The notes beneath the pieces were generated by a model, which searched no databases, was not told the DNA's origin, and saw nothing but the letters and a program-made list of their open reading frames with translations. A stretch of DNA of 64,000 nucleotides from Alphaproteobacteria bacterium (GTDB lineage: Bacteria > Pseudomonadota > Alphaproteobacteria > SHVP01): contig JAYQVF010000001.1 in NCBI GenBank assembly GCA_038148335.1, positions 6,476 to 70,475 on the forward strand. Direction: 5' to 3'. Of the stretch, positions 40,278 to 51,133 are shown one piece after another. Within the stretch, counting starts at the first letter, position 1. Each line of letters begins with the position of its first letter. A program made the position numbers and the translations under genes.

Positions 40278-40640
40278 ATGCCAGCGCGCCTCCTGAGTCT
40301 TACGCGAAGAGCGGATTTTCAGCGCCTGACGCGCCACGGAAAGAAGCGGGTCATGCCGGGTCTCATTCTTCAAGCGATGCCATCGTCCGTGACCGACGCC
40401 GAAACGCTGCGGATCGGTTTTACCGTGTCGCGAAAAGTCGGGGGCGCCGTCGTCCGCAACAGGGCCAAGCGTCGCCTGCGGGCCGCAGCCCGGACCGTCC
40501 TTGCAAATGCACAGGCAGGCCACGATGTTGTCATCGTCGGCCGCAAGGACTCCGTGCATCGCCCGTTCGATCTGCTGGTGGCAGACCTGCGGCGCGCGAG
40601 TACCGACCTCGGCCTCGTCAAGGAAGAGAGCGGAGCCTAA
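40278..40640 (+). CDS. rnpA: ribonuclease P protein component
   Basis: 120 aa basic protein immediately after rpmH, with an RNR-like motif (VRNRAKRRLR). Confidence 0.9.
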   Translation: MPARLLSLTRRADFQRLTRHGKKRVMPGLILQAMPSSVTDAETLRIGFTVSRKVGGAVVRNRAKRRLRAAARTVLANAQAGHDVVIVGRKDSVHRPFDLLVADLRRASTDLGLVKEESGA

Positions 40641-40641
40641 C

Positions 40642-40908
40642 GTGGAAGCCGACCGGCAGCAGACTGTCTCGTTTCCCGCTGTGCTGTTGCGCGGGTTGAT
40701 CCGCGGCTATCAGCTCTTCCTGTCTCCCGTTCTCGGCAACAACTGCAGATTCGATCCGACGTGCTCGGCCTATGCCATGGAGGCCATTGCACTCCACGGC
40801 GCCGTTCGCGGCACCTGGCTCGGCGCGCGTCGCGTCCTTCGTTGCCACCCCTGGGGTGGCCACGGCCACGATCCCGTCCCCGACCACCTCCCACGCCGGA
40901 ATAGCTAG
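40642..40908 (+). CDS. yidD: membrane protein insertion efficiency factor YidD
   Basis: GTG at 40642 directly after the rnpA stop, in frame with ORF 40501..40908; motif YQLFLSPVLGNNCRFDPTCSAYAMEAI is diagnostic. Confidence 0.8.
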   Translation: MEADRQQTVSFPAVLLRGLIRGYQLFLSPVLGNNCRFDPTCSAYAMEAIALHGAVRGTWLGARRVLRCHPWGGHGHDPVPDHLPRRNS

Positions 40909-40910
40909 CG

Positions 40911-42665
40911 ATGATGGAGCAACGAAACCTAATCATCGCGATCGTCTTTTCGGTCGCCATCCTGGTGATCTGGCAGTTTACGTTCCTGCCCGATCCGCCG
41001 CCCGCAGAACAGCCGACGACGACGGACGCTGCAACGCCGCAGGCACAGTCCGGATCCCTTGTTCCCGCAGCGCCCGGCCAACCGGGCCAGACGGCGTCGC
41101 CGGCGGCGCCGACGATTCGCGATCGGGGACTCGTCCTGGGCGAGTCTCCGCGCATCCCGATCGATACCGCTGCGGTGACGGGATCCGTCTCATTGCGCGG
41201 CGCCCTTCTCGACGACCTTACCCTCAAGAGCTACCGCCAGGAGGTCGACGCCGATAGCCCGCCCGTAACGCTGCTGTCTCCCTCGCAGACGCCGGAGCCC
41301 TACTTCGCCAAGTTCGGCTGGACCGCCGTGTCTCCGGGCATAACGCTTCCCGACGATACCACCGTCTGGCAGAGCGACGACCGCATGCTCACGGTCGAAC
41401 GGCCCGTTACCTTGCGTTGGGACAATGGCGAAGGGCTGCGTTTCTCGCGGACGATTTCCGTCGACGCGAACTACATGTTCACCGTCGCCGACAGCGTCGA
41501 AAACTACGGCGCGCCCGAGGCGACCCTCTTTCCCTACGGCGCCATCGTCCGCAAGTACCGGCCGATAACCGAGAATTTCTTCATCCTGCACGAAGGGGCG
41601 CTTGGCGTGTTCGACGAGGTCCTGGACCAGCAGGACTACGACGACCTGATCGACGCGCCCGGCGGGCGGATCGAACAGGATCCATCAACGCCCGGCGGCT
41701 GGATCGGCATCACCGACAAGTACTGGCTGATGGCCCTCGTGCCGGATCAGAAGCAGCCGACGTCATTCCGCTACAACCACATCCTCGAGGGCGACCGCGA
41801 CATCTTTCAGGTCGACTTTCTGCGCAAGAATGGCCAGACGATCGCGCAAGGCCAGACGGCAACCGCCGACGCACGAATTTTCGCCGGGGCCAAGGTCGTC
41901 CGCCTTCTCGACGATTACAAGGACGAGTTGGGAATTCCGGGATTCGACCGCGCGGTCGACTTCGGACTTCTGTTCTTCCTGACCAAGCCGATGTTCCTCC
42001 TGCTTCGCTACCTGAGCGAGACGATCGGCAACTTCGGTATCGCGATCTTGCTGATCACCGTGATGGTAAAGGCGATCTTCTTCCCGCTCGCCAACCGCTC
42101 CTATCGGGCGATGAGCAAGATGAAGAAGCTCGGCCCCGAGATGACCAAGATCCGGGAGCGCTTCAAGGACGACCGCCAGCGCCAGCAGCAGGAAATGATG
42201 GCTCTGTACAAGAAGGAAGGCGCCAACCCGGTGTCGGGCTGCTTGCCGATCCTGGTCCAGATTCCCGTCTTCTTTGCGCTCTACAAGGTGCTCTTCGTCA
42301 CCATTGAAATGCGCCATACGCCGTTCTTCGGATGGATTCAGGATCTTTCCGCACCCGACCCGCTAAATCTTTTTACGGGTTTTGGCCTGCTGCCCATCAC
42401 ATTGCCGGAGATCATCCCGGTGATCGGTATCTGGCCGATCCTGATGGGCCTCAGCATGTGGCTGCAGCAGCGCCTGAACCCCCAGCCGATGGACAAGATG
42501 CAGGCACGCATCTTTATGCTGCTGCCGATCGTGTTCACCTTCATCCTGGCGCCGTTCCCGGCGGGCCTCGTGATCTACTGGACGTGGAACAACATCCTGT
42601 CGATCGCCCAGCAATGGGTCATCATGCGCCAGGCTGGCATCCGGAACCCGGCCGCAGTGGAATAG
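40911..42665 (+). CDS. yidC: membrane protein insertase YidC
   Basis: 584 aa with a large periplasmic domain and a C-terminal 5-TM core (GCLPILVQIPVFFALY). Confidence 0.95.
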   Translation: MMEQRNLIIAIVFSVAILVIWQFTFLPDPPPAEQPTTTDAATPQAQSGSLVPAAPGQPGQTASPAAPTIRDRGLVLGESPRIPIDTAAVTGSVSLRGALLDDLTLKSYRQEVDADSPPVTLLSPSQTPEPYFAKFGWTAVSPGITLPDDTTVWQSDDRMLTVERPVTLRWDNGEGLRFSRTISVDANYMFTVADSVENYGAPEATLFPYGAIVRKYRPITENFFILHEGALGVFDEVLDQQDYDDLIDAPGGRIEQDPSTPGGWIGITDKYWLMALVPDQKQPTSFRYNHILEGDRDIFQVDFLRKNGQTIAQGQTATADARIFAGAKVVRLLDDYKDELGIPGFDRAVDFGLLFFLTKPMFLLLRYLSETIGNFGIAILLITVMVKAIFFPLANRSYRAMSKMKKLGPEMTKIRERFKDDRQRQQQEMMALYKKEGANPVSGCLPILVQIPVFFALYKVLFVTIEMRHTPFFGWIQDLSAPDPLNLFTGFGLLPITLPEIIPVIGIWPILMGLSMWLQQRLNPQPMDKMQARIFMLLPIVFTFILAPFPAGLVIYWTWNNILSIAQQWVIMRQAGIRNPAAVE

Positions 42666-42677
42666 GCCGCTTTCGCC

Positions 42678-43322
42678 GTGTCGGATTCAGACGCCACGGC
42701 AGAACGGCTTGAGCGCGGCCGCCGGCTTTTTGCAGGCACTGCCGAGTTCCTGCTCTCGGCGACCTCGCCGCGTCAGTTCACCGACGAGAGCCTGCCCGAA
42801 GTTGCCCTGGCCGGACGCTCCAACGTCGGCAAGTCGAGCCTGATCAACGCCCTTACCGGCAGGCGCAGCCTCGCACGCACCTCGCGCCAGCCCGGACGGA
42901 CGCAGGCCATCAACTTCTTCCGGATTGCCGAACGACTCTCTCTGGTCGATCTGCCGGGTTATGGGTTTGCCCAAGCGCCCCGAAAGGAGGTCGATGCCTG
43001 GATGCGATTGATCTCTCACTATCTCGGATCGCGCGCCAACCTGCGCCGCGTCCTGCTCCTCATCGACGCGCGACGCGGCGTAATGACCGCCGACCGCGAC
43101 GTCATGGAGGAGTTCAGCCGCAGCGGAGTGGCATTTCAGGTCGTCCTCACCAAGGCGGACGCCGTCAGCCGAACCGAATGCGACACGATCCTGGCCGCCA
43201 CCGCAACGGAAGTCCGGCGGCACCCGTCGGCGGTCGAAGCCATCGTGACGGTCAGCGCCCGTAAGCGGACCGGCATCGACGAGCTCCGCGCCCAGTTGGC
43301 CGATCTAGCTGCCTCTCTGTGA
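42678..43322 (+). CDS. yihA: ribosome-biogenesis GTPase YihA/EngB
   Basis: G1 motif GRSNVGKSSLINAL, G3 motif DLPGYG and G4 motif TKAD. Confidence 0.9.
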   Translation: MSDSDATAERLERGRRLFAGTAEFLLSATSPRQFTDESLPEVALAGRSNVGKSSLINALTGRRSLARTSRQPGRTQAINFFRIAERLSLVDLPGYGFAQAPRKEVDAWMRLISHYLGSRANLRRVLLLIDARRGVMTADRDVMEEFSRSGVAFQVVLTKADAVSRTECDTILAATATEVRRHPSAVEAIVTVSARKRTGIDELRAQLADLAASL

Positions 43323-44243
43323 TTGGGATATAAGCGCCCCATGCCTGCACCGAAGCAATCTCCGAAACTCGCCGAGACCGCGCGCACCCTTGCCGAAGCG
43401 CTCCCGTATATGCGCGAGTTCAACGACCAGACCTTCGTCGTAAAATTCGGCGGCCATGCCATGGGGGACGAGGACCTCGCGATCTCGTTCGCCCAGGACA
43501 TCGTGATGATGAAGCAGGTCGGCATCCATCCGGTGGTTGTGCATGGCGGCGGTCCGCAGATCGGCGCCATGCTCGAACGGCTGCAGATCGAGAGCAAGTT
43601 CGTCGACGGCCTCAGGATTACCGATCAGGCGACCGTCGACATCGTCGAAATGGTCCTTGCCGGATCGATCAACAAGCAGATCGTCGACAGCATCCATCGC
43701 GTCGGCGGCACGGCAATTGGACTATCGGGGAAGGACGGCCGGCTCATCGAAGCGCGCCAGCTGCGGCGGACGACCCGCGATCCCGAATCGAACATCGAGA
43801 AGGTGCTGGACCTGGGTTTCGTCGGTGAGCCGGCGCACATCAATACAAAGGCCCTCGACGTCCTGCGGCAATCCGACATCATCCCGATCATCGCACCGAT
43901 CGGCGTCGGCAAGGCCGGCGAGACCTACAACATCAATGCCGACACCGCCGCCGGGGCGATCGCGGGTGCGCTTGGGGCGTCCAAGCTATTGATGCTGACC
44001 GACGTCGCCGGCGTTCTCGACAAGAACGGCGAACTCGTTCCGTCGCTGACGGAGAGCCAGGCGCAGGAACTGATGCGGGACGGCACTATCTCTGGCGGCA
44101 TGATCCCAAAGGTCGAGACCTGCCTCGAGGCCGTCCGCTGCGGCACCGAGGCGGTCCATATCCTGGATGGCCGAATCAAGCATGTCCTGCTGCTGGAGGT
44201 CTTCACCGCACACGGCGTCGGAACGATGATCCGCGCCGACTAG
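43323..44243 (+). CDS. argB: acetylglutamate kinase
   Basis: AAK family with [19 protein letters not shown] and the typical ArgB C-terminus. Confidence 0.93.
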   Translation: MGYKRPMPAPKQSPKLAETARTLAEALPYMREFNDQTFVVKFGGHAMGDEDLAISFAQDIVMMKQVGIHPVVVHGGGPQIGAMLERLQIESKFVDGLRITDQATVDIVEMVLAGSINKQIVDSIHRVGGTAIGLSGKDGRLIEARQLRRTTRDPESNIEKVLDLGFVGEPAHINTKALDVLRQSDIIPIIAPIGVGKAGETYNINADTAAGAIAGALGASKLLMLTDVAGVLDKNGELVPSLTESQAQELMRDGTISGGMIPKVETCLEAVRCGTEAVHILDGRIKHVLLLEVFTAHGVGTMIRAD

Positions 44244-45523
44244 GCGAGCGGCGCCGGCCTGTCGGTACCGGTGGCGAAATAGGCCAGGTACCACACCATC
44301 TCTTCGTCCGTCATTGGATAGTCCGACCCGCCGCGCGGATTGAGCACGTCGCCCGGCCGCAGACCGAAGACGCTACGCTGCAGGCTGACCGCCGTTCTCA
44401 TCGTGAGGTGCGCCTTCCAGCACAGGGCGGCGAGCGGCCGCGGCGCACGAGCGCGCAGAATGGCCCGTACATGACCGGGCGTCAGGTCCGCCTTCAGCGC
44501 CAGCGCGTGCTCGACGAATCCGCTTTCAGACGCTTCGGCCGCCGCAGAAATGGCATTGTCGTCGAGTTGGCCCGAGAGGTGGGCCATCCTGGCGCGGGCA
44601 GCCGCAGCGTCCTCGGCTTCTCGTGTCGAGGCATCTTCCTCTTTGAGACGTTCCTTCACCTTGTGCCGGACAAAACGTTCCGTTTCCGGATCGAGGTCGC
44701 CCCGCTCTGCCAGTTCGTCGAGCAGCGCCGCGGCAACAAAGCCGGCTATGCGCCGAACCGCAGCCGCCGACAGCTTCGGGCGTCGGACGAGCGGGCGGTG
44801 CCAGATCGGGTGTTTGGGCGCCGCCGCGATGATGCTGTCCAGGGTGTCCTCACGAATTTGAGCTCCGTGGTTCGACAGCAAGGTGGCGATCGCGCCCTCT
44901 TGTCCGGTGGCGACGATAGCGTCGCAAACCGCGGGGTTAAGCCTTTCGCGCAGCGAGACCGACGTGACGACTTCGGGATCGCGTGCATTCGCAACGACCT
45001 CGAGGAGGTCATCGTCCGTCAGCAGGACCGAGTATTGAAGAACCGGCGCGCAGACCATCGTCTCTGCGTCGCGGGCGAGGCGCGCGACCAGTTCCGGCGG
45101 GATGTTTGTAGCCGACTTGATTTCCTCGGCAACGATCCGCCGCACCTTCGGCAGTTGATCGTCGGCAAGCGTCGACAGGATGTTCAGGGTCATCTCCTGA
45201 AGCCGCTCGCTCCCGGCTTGGTCAAGGCCGGGCACGAGTCGCCCGATCTTGCGGGCCAGCACCATACGGACTTCCTCGTCCGAATCCGACGCCAGAAGCT
45301 GGTCGGCACGGCGGGGCGACGATGGATTCCGGGCAACGGCGCGCCGCACTTCGGCAACCGAGTCGGCTGCGAGAAAGTAGAGAATCTCCGGACGGGCGTC
45401 GGACCTCCGGGCGAGATCCTCACGCACGGCGGGCTCCGGGTGGCGGGCGAGTTCTCTCTCCTGCTCATAGGAGATGGCCGGCTTTTCCTTCCCCTCGGCC
45501 CAACCGAAGAGGCGGTCTAGCAT
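44240..45523 (-). CDS. DUF2336-like alpha-helical repeat protein, function unknown
   Basis: Start at the internal ATG 45523 (MLDRLFGW). It overlaps the upstream GGDEF gene stop as ATGCTAG, and the preceding 69 codons of the ORF are not used. HEAT/ARM-like repeats are recurrent in alphaproteobacteria. Confidence 0.55.
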   Translation of the reverse strand: MLDRLFGWAEGKEKPAISYEQERELARHPEPAVREDLARRSDARPEILYFLAADSVAEVRRAVARNPSSPRRADQLLASDSDEEVRMVLARKIGRLVPGLDQAGSERLQEMTLNILSTLADDQLPKVRRIVAEEIKSATNIPPELVARLARDAETMVCAPVLQYSVLLTDDDLLEVVANARDPEVVTSVSLRERLNPAVCDAIVATGQEGAIATLLSNHGAQIREDTLDSIIAAAPKHPIWHRPLVRRPKLSAAAVRRIAGFVAAALLDELAERGDLDPETERFVRHKVKERLKEEDASTREAEDAAAARARMAHLSGQLDDNAISAAAEASESGFVEHALALKADLTPGHVRAILRARAPRPLAALCWKAHLTMRTAVSLQRSVFGLRPGDVLNPRGGSDYPMTDEEMVWYLAYFATGTDRPAPLA

Positions 45524-46641
45524 GCCTCTCCCGCCGCTTGGGCCTGCCCGGGAAGCGCCGATATGGCGAACCGTCCCTTCCCGGCCCGCTTGGCCCGATA
45601 CATTGCCTCGTCGGCGCGCGTGACCAAGCCGTCGAGCGGCTCTTCGGAACTCGGGTCCGTTACCGCCACGCCGATCGAAACCCCCAGCGGATGATCCTCG
45701 TCGCCGGAGAACTGTTTCAGCGCCTGGCATTCCGCGAGTAGCGACTCAGCCTTGGATGCGGCGCCATCCTCGTCGGTGTCCTCGAGCCACATCGCGAACT
45801 CATCTCCGCCGAGGCGTGCGACGGTGTCGCCGACACGGCTGGTCGAGGTCAGGAGTTGGGCAAGGAAGATGAGAGCGTCGTCGCCGCGTTTGTGGCCGTG
45901 AACGTCGTTGACCCGCTTGAAGTTGTCGAGATCGATAAACAGTAGAGAAGCCTTGCGCGATGTCCGGCGCAGCGCGCGCAGACGCAAGCCGACTTCCTCG
46001 GAAAAAGCGCGGCGATTGAACAACTGAGTGAGCTCGTCCGTCCGCGACAGTTCCTCAAGAAGTTCGCCATTCTCGATCTGGGCAAATGCAATGCCCAGAT
46101 GATTCGCTACGCCGGCGAGCAGGCTGCGGTCGGTTTCGTCCCAATAGGAATCGTCGTCGCGAGCCACGCAGATCGCGCCGTTGATCCGGTCGCGGTAACG
46201 CGCGACGTTGACCAGGACGTGAAGCGTGGAATCCTCGGTCTTGACGAATAGCTCCTCGTCGCCGTCGCGCAACTGCAGGCGGACAGCCTCGACGATCGGG
46301 CGCGGCGGCGGGCCCTCCGGACCGGCAAACTGGACGGCGCCGGTAAACGAGCCATCGCGCCGCGCCCGCACGATCCAGCAAAACCGGGCACCCAAGACAT
46401 GGGCGGTGGCGCGTGCCGCAGCGCCGAGCATGTGCTGCGGTTCAGCCTCGTTGCGCATGGCGTCGACGATATCGTCGAGCAACTGTTGACGCAGTTCGGC
46501 GACTTCGAGGGCGTGCTCCTGGCGCTTTTCGGCCGTGACATCCTTGCAGACGCCGCGGTTGCCGACCCAGCGCCGCTCGTCGTCGAAGACCGGCTTCGAC
46601 GACACCAGGAGGCACGCCGGGTTTCCCTCCGCGTCCCGCAC
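45517..46641 (-). CDS. C-terminal fragment of a PAS-GAF-GGDEF diguanylate cyclase (second half of PAS, then GAF-like, then GGDEF)
   Basis: GGDEF motif (RLGGDEFAM) and the RxxD I-site region, with a GTG start at 46641. It is in the same frame as ORF 46669..47217 and separated from it only by a TAG at 46669..46671 plus 9 sense codons. Confidence 0.75.
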   Translation of the reverse strand: MRDAEGNPACLLVSSKPVFDDERRWVGNRGVCKDVTAEKRQEHALEVAELRQQLLDDIVDAMRNEAEPQHMLGAAARATAHVLGARFCWIVRARRDGSFTGAVQFAGPEGPPPRPIVEAVRLQLRDGDEELFVKTEDSTLHVLVNVARYRDRINGAICVARDDDSYWDETDRSLLAGVANHLGIAFAQIENGELLEELSRTDELTQLFNRRAFSEEVGLRLRALRRTSRKASLLFIDLDNFKRVNDVHGHKRGDDALIFLAQLLTSTSRVGDTVARLGGDEFAMWLEDTDEDGAASKAESLLAECQALKQFSGDEDHPLGVSIGVAVTDPSSEEPLDGLVTRADEAMYRAKRAGKGRFAISALPGQAQAAGEAC

Positions 46642-46668
46642 CCAGGTTTCAGCATCGTCGTAACGCGA

Positions 46669-47217
46669 CTATCCCCAGAACGGTGCAACCAGGTCTGCAT
46701 CGTCTCCTGCAATCAGGTCTTGCACATCCATGCCGACCAGTTCGCTTGCGGCGTAGCCTAGGGCGCCGCGACTGGAGACATAGGAAAAGGTCCTGTCGGT
46801 CTTCGTTTCCCAGGAGAAATCCGAGGAGCACTCGACCAGATCCTTGAACATCTGCCGCGAAGCGACAAGCGCCGTCATCAGGCTCTGTTCGAGTTCGGCA
46901 TGCTTGCCCAGTGCCAGCACATGGCTTGTCCCGCCCCCATCCCGATTCAGCGGAACCAAGAGGAACTCGACTGCATCGTCCTGCACCAACAGCGAGGCAC
47001 TCCGCACCGTTCCGTCGCGCGCCGCGTTGAGCACGCCGGCGAGCATCACCTCGTCACCGGCCTGGGCCAGGAGATCGGCGGCATTGCTGCCCGCGCTGTT
47101 CGCGGCGACGACATGACCGGCAGCCGAAAAAAGGAGCGCTGGGCCCGGGAAAGCGCCGAGAATCACCCTGGCGTCCACGCCCAAGTTTGCCGGTAATCTT
47201 TCGCTGTCGGAGGTCAT
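46669..47217 (-). CDS. N-terminal fragment of the same sensor diguanylate cyclase (sensory/PAS N-half), terminated by in-frame TAG
   Basis: 182 aa ending ...DLIAGDDADLVAPFWG*. The PAS fold continues after the stop (SRYDDAENWVRDAEGNPACLLVSSKPVFDDERRWVGNRGVCKDVTAEKR). Confidence 0.65.
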   Translation of the reverse strand: MTSDSERLPANLGVDARVILGAFPGPALLFSAAGHVVAANSAGSNAADLLAQAGDEVMLAGVLNAARDGTVRSASLLVQDDAVEFLLVPLNRDGGGTSHVLALGKHAELEQSLMTALVASRQMFKDLVECSSDFSWETKTDRTFSYVSSRGALGYAASELVGMDVQDLIAGDDADLVAPFWG

Positions 47218-47445
47218 CGGAATACGCGCACGTTGCCCCGAAACCGCTCCCTCAGCAAGATGATTCGCCCTGCGTCGCGCGGCGCAATTTGCCCCGTATT
47301 TGTAGGGTTTTCCGGCCTTTTACGGCGTCTGGCGCAAGCGCCCGAAACGGCATCGGAAGACCGACGCGACGCGCACGACCTCGGGCCCGGACGTTGACAC
47401 CCCCCAAGCGACCGGTATTTTCCTCGCGGACAAATGTGAGGGAAG

Positions 47446-48291
47446 GTGATGACTGACGCGTTGGAAAAGACCATCGACGAAGCCTGGGAAGCGCGGGACG
47501 GAATCGGCCCCGCAACCACGGGCGCAGTACGGGAGGCCGTCGAGGCGGCACTCGATGCGCTTGACCGCGGCGAACGTCGGGTCGCCGAGAAGCGCGCTGA
47601 CGGTTGGCACGTCAACCAGTGGCTCAAGAAAGCCGTCCTTCTGTCGTTCCGCCTCAACGACATGGAGGCCATTCCCGGCGGGCCTGGCCGCGACACAACG
47701 TGGTTCGACAAAGTCCCGTCAAAGTTCGCCGGCTGGGATGCGCAGCGCTTCGCCCAAGCCGGACTGCGCGCGGTGCCAAATTGCGTCGTCCGTCGCTCCG
47801 CCTACATTGGCAAGGGTGTTGTGCTGATGCCTTCCTTCGTCAATCTCGGCGCCTATGTCGGCGACGGCACCATGGTGGATACCTGGGCGACAGTCGGAAG
47901 CTGCGCCCAGATCGGCAAGAACTGTCACATTTCCGGCGGCGCCGGGATCGGCGGCGTCCTTGAGCCGCTGCAGGCGAACCCGGTCATCATCGAGGACAAC
48001 TGCTTCATCGGCGCGCGTTCGGAAGTCGCCGAGGGCGTGGTCATCGAGGAAGGCTCCGTGCTGTCGATGGGCGTCTTCATCGGCGCCAGCACCAAGATCG
48101 TCGATCGCTCGTCGGGTGAGGTCACACGGGGACGCGTACCGGCCTACTCGGTCGTCGTCCCGGGCGCGCTGCCTGGAAGACCGCTCGCCAACGGCGAGGC
48201 AGGGCCGTCGCTGGCTTGCGCGGTGATCGTCAAGCGGGTCGACGAGCAGACCCGCTCGAAGACCTCGGTCAACGAACTCCTGCGCGACTGA
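47446..48291 (+). CDS. dapD: 2,3,4,5-tetrahydropyridine-2,6-dicarboxylate N-succinyltransferase
   Basis: 281 aa with left-handed beta-helix hexapeptide repeats and a DapD N-terminal domain. Confidence 0.93.
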   Translation: MMTDALEKTIDEAWEARDGIGPATTGAVREAVEAALDALDRGERRVAEKRADGWHVNQWLKKAVLLSFRLNDMEAIPGGPGRDTTWFDKVPSKFAGWDAQRFAQAGLRAVPNCVVRRSAYIGKGVVLMPSFVNLGAYVGDGTMVDTWATVGSCAQIGKNCHISGGAGIGGVLEPLQANPVIIEDNCFIGARSEVAEGVVIEEGSVLSMGVFIGASTKIVDRSSGEVTRGRVPAYSVVVPGALPGRPLANGEAGPSLACAVIVKRVDEQTRSKTSVNELLRD

Positions 48292-48310
48292 CAACCAACC
48301 GGAGCCCCCA

Positions 48311-49471
48311 ATGGCAGCGCCCGTCAATCCCGTCGAACTCGCGCAGGCAATGATTCGTTGCAACAGCGTTACGCCCGCCGACGGCGGCACGCTGGACGTC
48401 CTGCAACAGCACCTGGAGGCGCTCGGCTTTGCCTGCGCGCGCATGACCTTCGGCGAAGGCGCGGCAGCCGTGCCGAATCTCTATGCCCGAATCGGAGCGG
48501 ACGCTCCGAACTTCTGCTTCGCGGGACATACCGATGTCGTTCCCGTGGGCGACCGGGCTGCTTGGACGACGGATCCTTTTGGCGGCGAGATTCGGGACGG
48601 AAAACTTTTCGGACGCGGCGCATCGGATATGAAGAGCGCCATCGCTGCGTTCGTGGTCGCATGTTCGCGCTACCTGGCGGCCAATGACGCGCCGCACGGG
48701 TCGATCAGCCTCATGATCACGGGCGACGAAGAGGGGCCGGCGGTCAATGGTACCGCCAGGATCCTCGAATGGCTCAAGGAGCGCGGGGAGATTATCGACG
48801 CCTGCCTCGTCGGCGAACCGACCAATCCGGACACCCTGGGCGAGATGATCAAGATCGGGCGCCGCGGATCGCTGAACGCCGAACTTGTGGTGCGCGGCGT
48901 GCAGGGACACGTCGCCTATCCTCATCTGGCGGATAACCCGGTGACGCCGCTCGTGCGAATGCTGGCTGCGCTCAAGGCCGAGCCGCTTGACGAGGGCACG
49001 ATGCACTTCCAGCCGTCGAACCTCGAGGTCACGACGGTCGACGTCGACAATGCCGCCAGTAACGTCATCCCGGGGGTGGCGCGGGCGCGCCTCAATGTCC
49101 GGTTCAACGACCTTCATACCTCGAAGAACATCGAGGCCTGGATGCGCGAGAAGCTGGATGCGATCGGCAAGCCCTACGAATTGACCATTCAAGTCACCGG
49201 CGAAGCGTTTCTGACACCGCCCGGTCCGCTCAGCGAAACGATTCGCGCGGCGGTCGTCGACCGCCTTGGCCGCGAACCGACGCTGTCGACGACAGGAGGA
49301 ACGTCGGATGCCCGTTTCATCAAGGAGATCGCACCGGTCGCGGAATTTGGCCTTATCGGCAGCACGATGCACAAAGTGGACGAGCACGTGTCGGTCGCCG
49401 ATATCGAGGCGTTGACCGATATTTATGAAACAATCCTGGTGCGCTATTTCGCAGAATCGGCGGCGTCGTAG
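48311..49471 (+). CDS. dapE: succinyl-diaminopimelate desuccinylase
   Basis: M20 peptidase with GHTDVVP and the DapE-typical N-terminus ([14 protein letters not shown]); adjacent to dapD. Confidence 0.9.
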   Translation: MAAPVNPVELAQAMIRCNSVTPADGGTLDVLQQHLEALGFACARMTFGEGAAAVPNLYARIGADAPNFCFAGHTDVVPVGDRAAWTTDPFGGEIRDGKLFGRGASDMKSAIAAFVVACSRYLAANDAPHGSISLMITGDEEGPAVNGTARILEWLKERGEIIDACLVGEPTNPDTLGEMIKIGRRGSLNAELVVRGVQGHVAYPHLADNPVTPLVRMLAALKAEPLDEGTMHFQPSNLEVTTVDVDNAASNVIPGVARARLNVRFNDLHTSKNIEAWMREKLDAIGKPYELTIQVTGEAFLTPPGPLSETIRAAVVDRLGREPTLSTTGGTSDARFIKEIAPVAEFGLIGSTMHKVDEHVSVADIEALTDIYETILVRYFAESAAS

Positions 49472-50202
49472 CGAACCGCCTGAAGGTACAGGCCATGGGG
49501 CGGGGCATTCGGCCCCGCGGCCGCGCGATCCTTCGCCGCCAGCGCGCCAGCAAGGTCGTTGCCGGACCAGCGCCCCTCGCCGACGAGCTTCAGCGAACCC
49601 ACCATCGTTCGAACCTGGCTGTGGAGGAACGAGCGCGCCCTTGCCGTCACCGTGATATCTTCGCCGACGGCCTCGACCGTTAGTTGGTCGAGGGTCTTCA
49701 CGGGCGACTTCGCCTGGCATTGCGCCGCGCGGAACGACGTGAAGTCGTGGCGGCCGACCAATTGCTGTGCTGCACGATGCATCGCGGCTGCATCGAGGGC
49801 GACCGGAACATGCCACGCGCGCTGGCGGTCGAGCGCCAATGGCGATCGGCGGGCAACAATCCGATACACGTAGACGCGCTCCGTTGCGGAGAACCGTGCG
49901 TGAAACGCCTCGTCCACGGCCGTCGCGGCCAAAACGCTCACGGGGTGCGCCTTGAGGTAGTAGTTCAGCGCGTCCCGAACCGTGTCGTTCTCGTGCGCCT
50001 TGCCGATGTCGACATGCGCAACCTGGCCGCGGGCATGGACTCCCGCGTCGGTGCGACCAGCCCCGAATACGGTTGCCGCCGCGCCGGAAAAGGAGGCCGC
50101 TGCCGCCTCCAGAACTTCCTGGACCGAGAGTCCGTTTTCCTGGCGCTGCCAGCCGACGAAAGGCGTGCCATCGTATTCCAGCGTGAGCTTGTAGCGCGGC
50201 AT
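49444..50202 (-). CDS. truA: tRNA pseudouridine(38-40) synthase
   Basis: 252 aa with N-terminal [21 protein letters not shown] and the catalytic Asp region. Confidence 0.92.
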   Translation of the reverse strand: MPRYKLTLEYDGTPFVGWQRQENGLSVQEVLEAAAASFSGAAATVFGAGRTDAGVHARGQVAHVDIGKAHENDTVRDALNYYLKAHPVSVLAATAVDEAFHARFSATERVYVYRIVARRSPLALDRQRAWHVPVALDAAAMHRAAQQLVGRHDFTSFRAAQCQAKSPVKTLDQLTVEAVGEDITVTARARSFLHSQVRTMVGSLKLVGEGRWSGNDLAGALAAKDRAAAGPNAPPHGLYLQAVRYDAADSAK

Positions 50203-51116
50203 CAGCGGAAGAACGTACCGGCCGGCATCCGGTGTCCGAGCAGGAGTTGCGCGGCCGCGAGCGGTTGGCGCCCCGCCATTTGAATCGTCTCGACTCTGAT
50301 GGCGTCCTCGCCGCAGGCGATGACAAGTTCATCGTTCAAGATCTGCCCCGGCGCTCCGCTGCCCGGCACGGCTTCGGCTGCGAGAATCTTGAAACGCGTC
50401 CCTTCATGCTCTGACCAGGCGCCGGGATATGGCGAAAAGCCGTTGATGTGGCGAATAACGCGTCCGGCCGGCCGATCCCAGTCGATCCGCGCCTCGCTCT
50501 TGGCGATCTTGTCGGCATAGGTGATGCCATCGCTTGGCTGCGGCGCCGCAGCGATCTCGCCGCCAAGGATCTTCGGCAGGTACTGCCGAACCATCTCGCT
50601 GCCAAGCCCGGCCAGGCGGTCGTGGAGCGCGCCGGCAGTCGTACTCTCGTCGATCGCAGTCCGTTTGCAGGCGTAGACGGGACCGGTATCGAGCCCTTCG
50701 TCCATCTGCATCAGGCAAACACCGGTCTGGGTGTCGCCGGCAAGAATGGCACGCTGAATCGGCGCAGCCCCACGCCACCTCGGCAGCAGCGATGCATGAA
50801 CGTTGACGCAGCCATGGCGCGGCACACGCAGGACCGGCGACGGCAAGATAAGGCCATAGGCCGCGACGACAGCGATGTCGGCGTTGCGGTCAGCGAACTC
50901 CACCTGCGCGGCGTCCGATTTCAGACTACGGGGAAAACTTACCGGGACACCGGCTGCCTCTGCCGCCCGTTGAACGGGCGAGGCCTGCTCGCGATGGCCG
51001 CGGCCCGCTGGCCGCGGCGGCTGGGTATAGGCCGCGACGACGTCATAGGCCTCATCAATCAAGGTCTGCAGGATCGGAACGGCGAAATCCGGCGTTCCCA
51101 TGAAGACGACCCGCAA
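50202..51116 (-). CDS. fmt: methionyl-tRNA formyltransferase
   Basis: 304 aa with [14 protein letters not shown] and the [12 protein letters not shown] motif. Confidence 0.95.
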   Translation of the reverse strand: MRVVFMGTPDFAVPILQTLIDEAYDVVAAYTQPPRPAGRGHREQASPVQRAAEAAGVPVSFPRSLKSDAAQVEFADRNADIAVVAAYGLILPSPVLRVPRHGCVNVHASLLPRWRGAAPIQRAILAGDTQTGVCLMQMDEGLDTGPVYACKRTAIDESTTAGALHDRLAGLGSEMVRQYLPKILGGEIAAAPQPSDGITYADKIAKSEARIDWDRPAGRVIRHINGFSPYPGAWSEHEGTRFKILAAEAVPGSGAPGQILNDELVIACGEDAIRVETIQMAGRQPLAAAQLLLGHRMPAGTFFR

Positions 51117-51133
51117 GGCCGGTTCTCCCGAGG

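Noticed and set aside
48269-50332. 687-aa minus-strand ORF
   Set aside because: Runs antisense through dapE and then out of frame across truA; the translation is R/G/A-rich and of low complexity.
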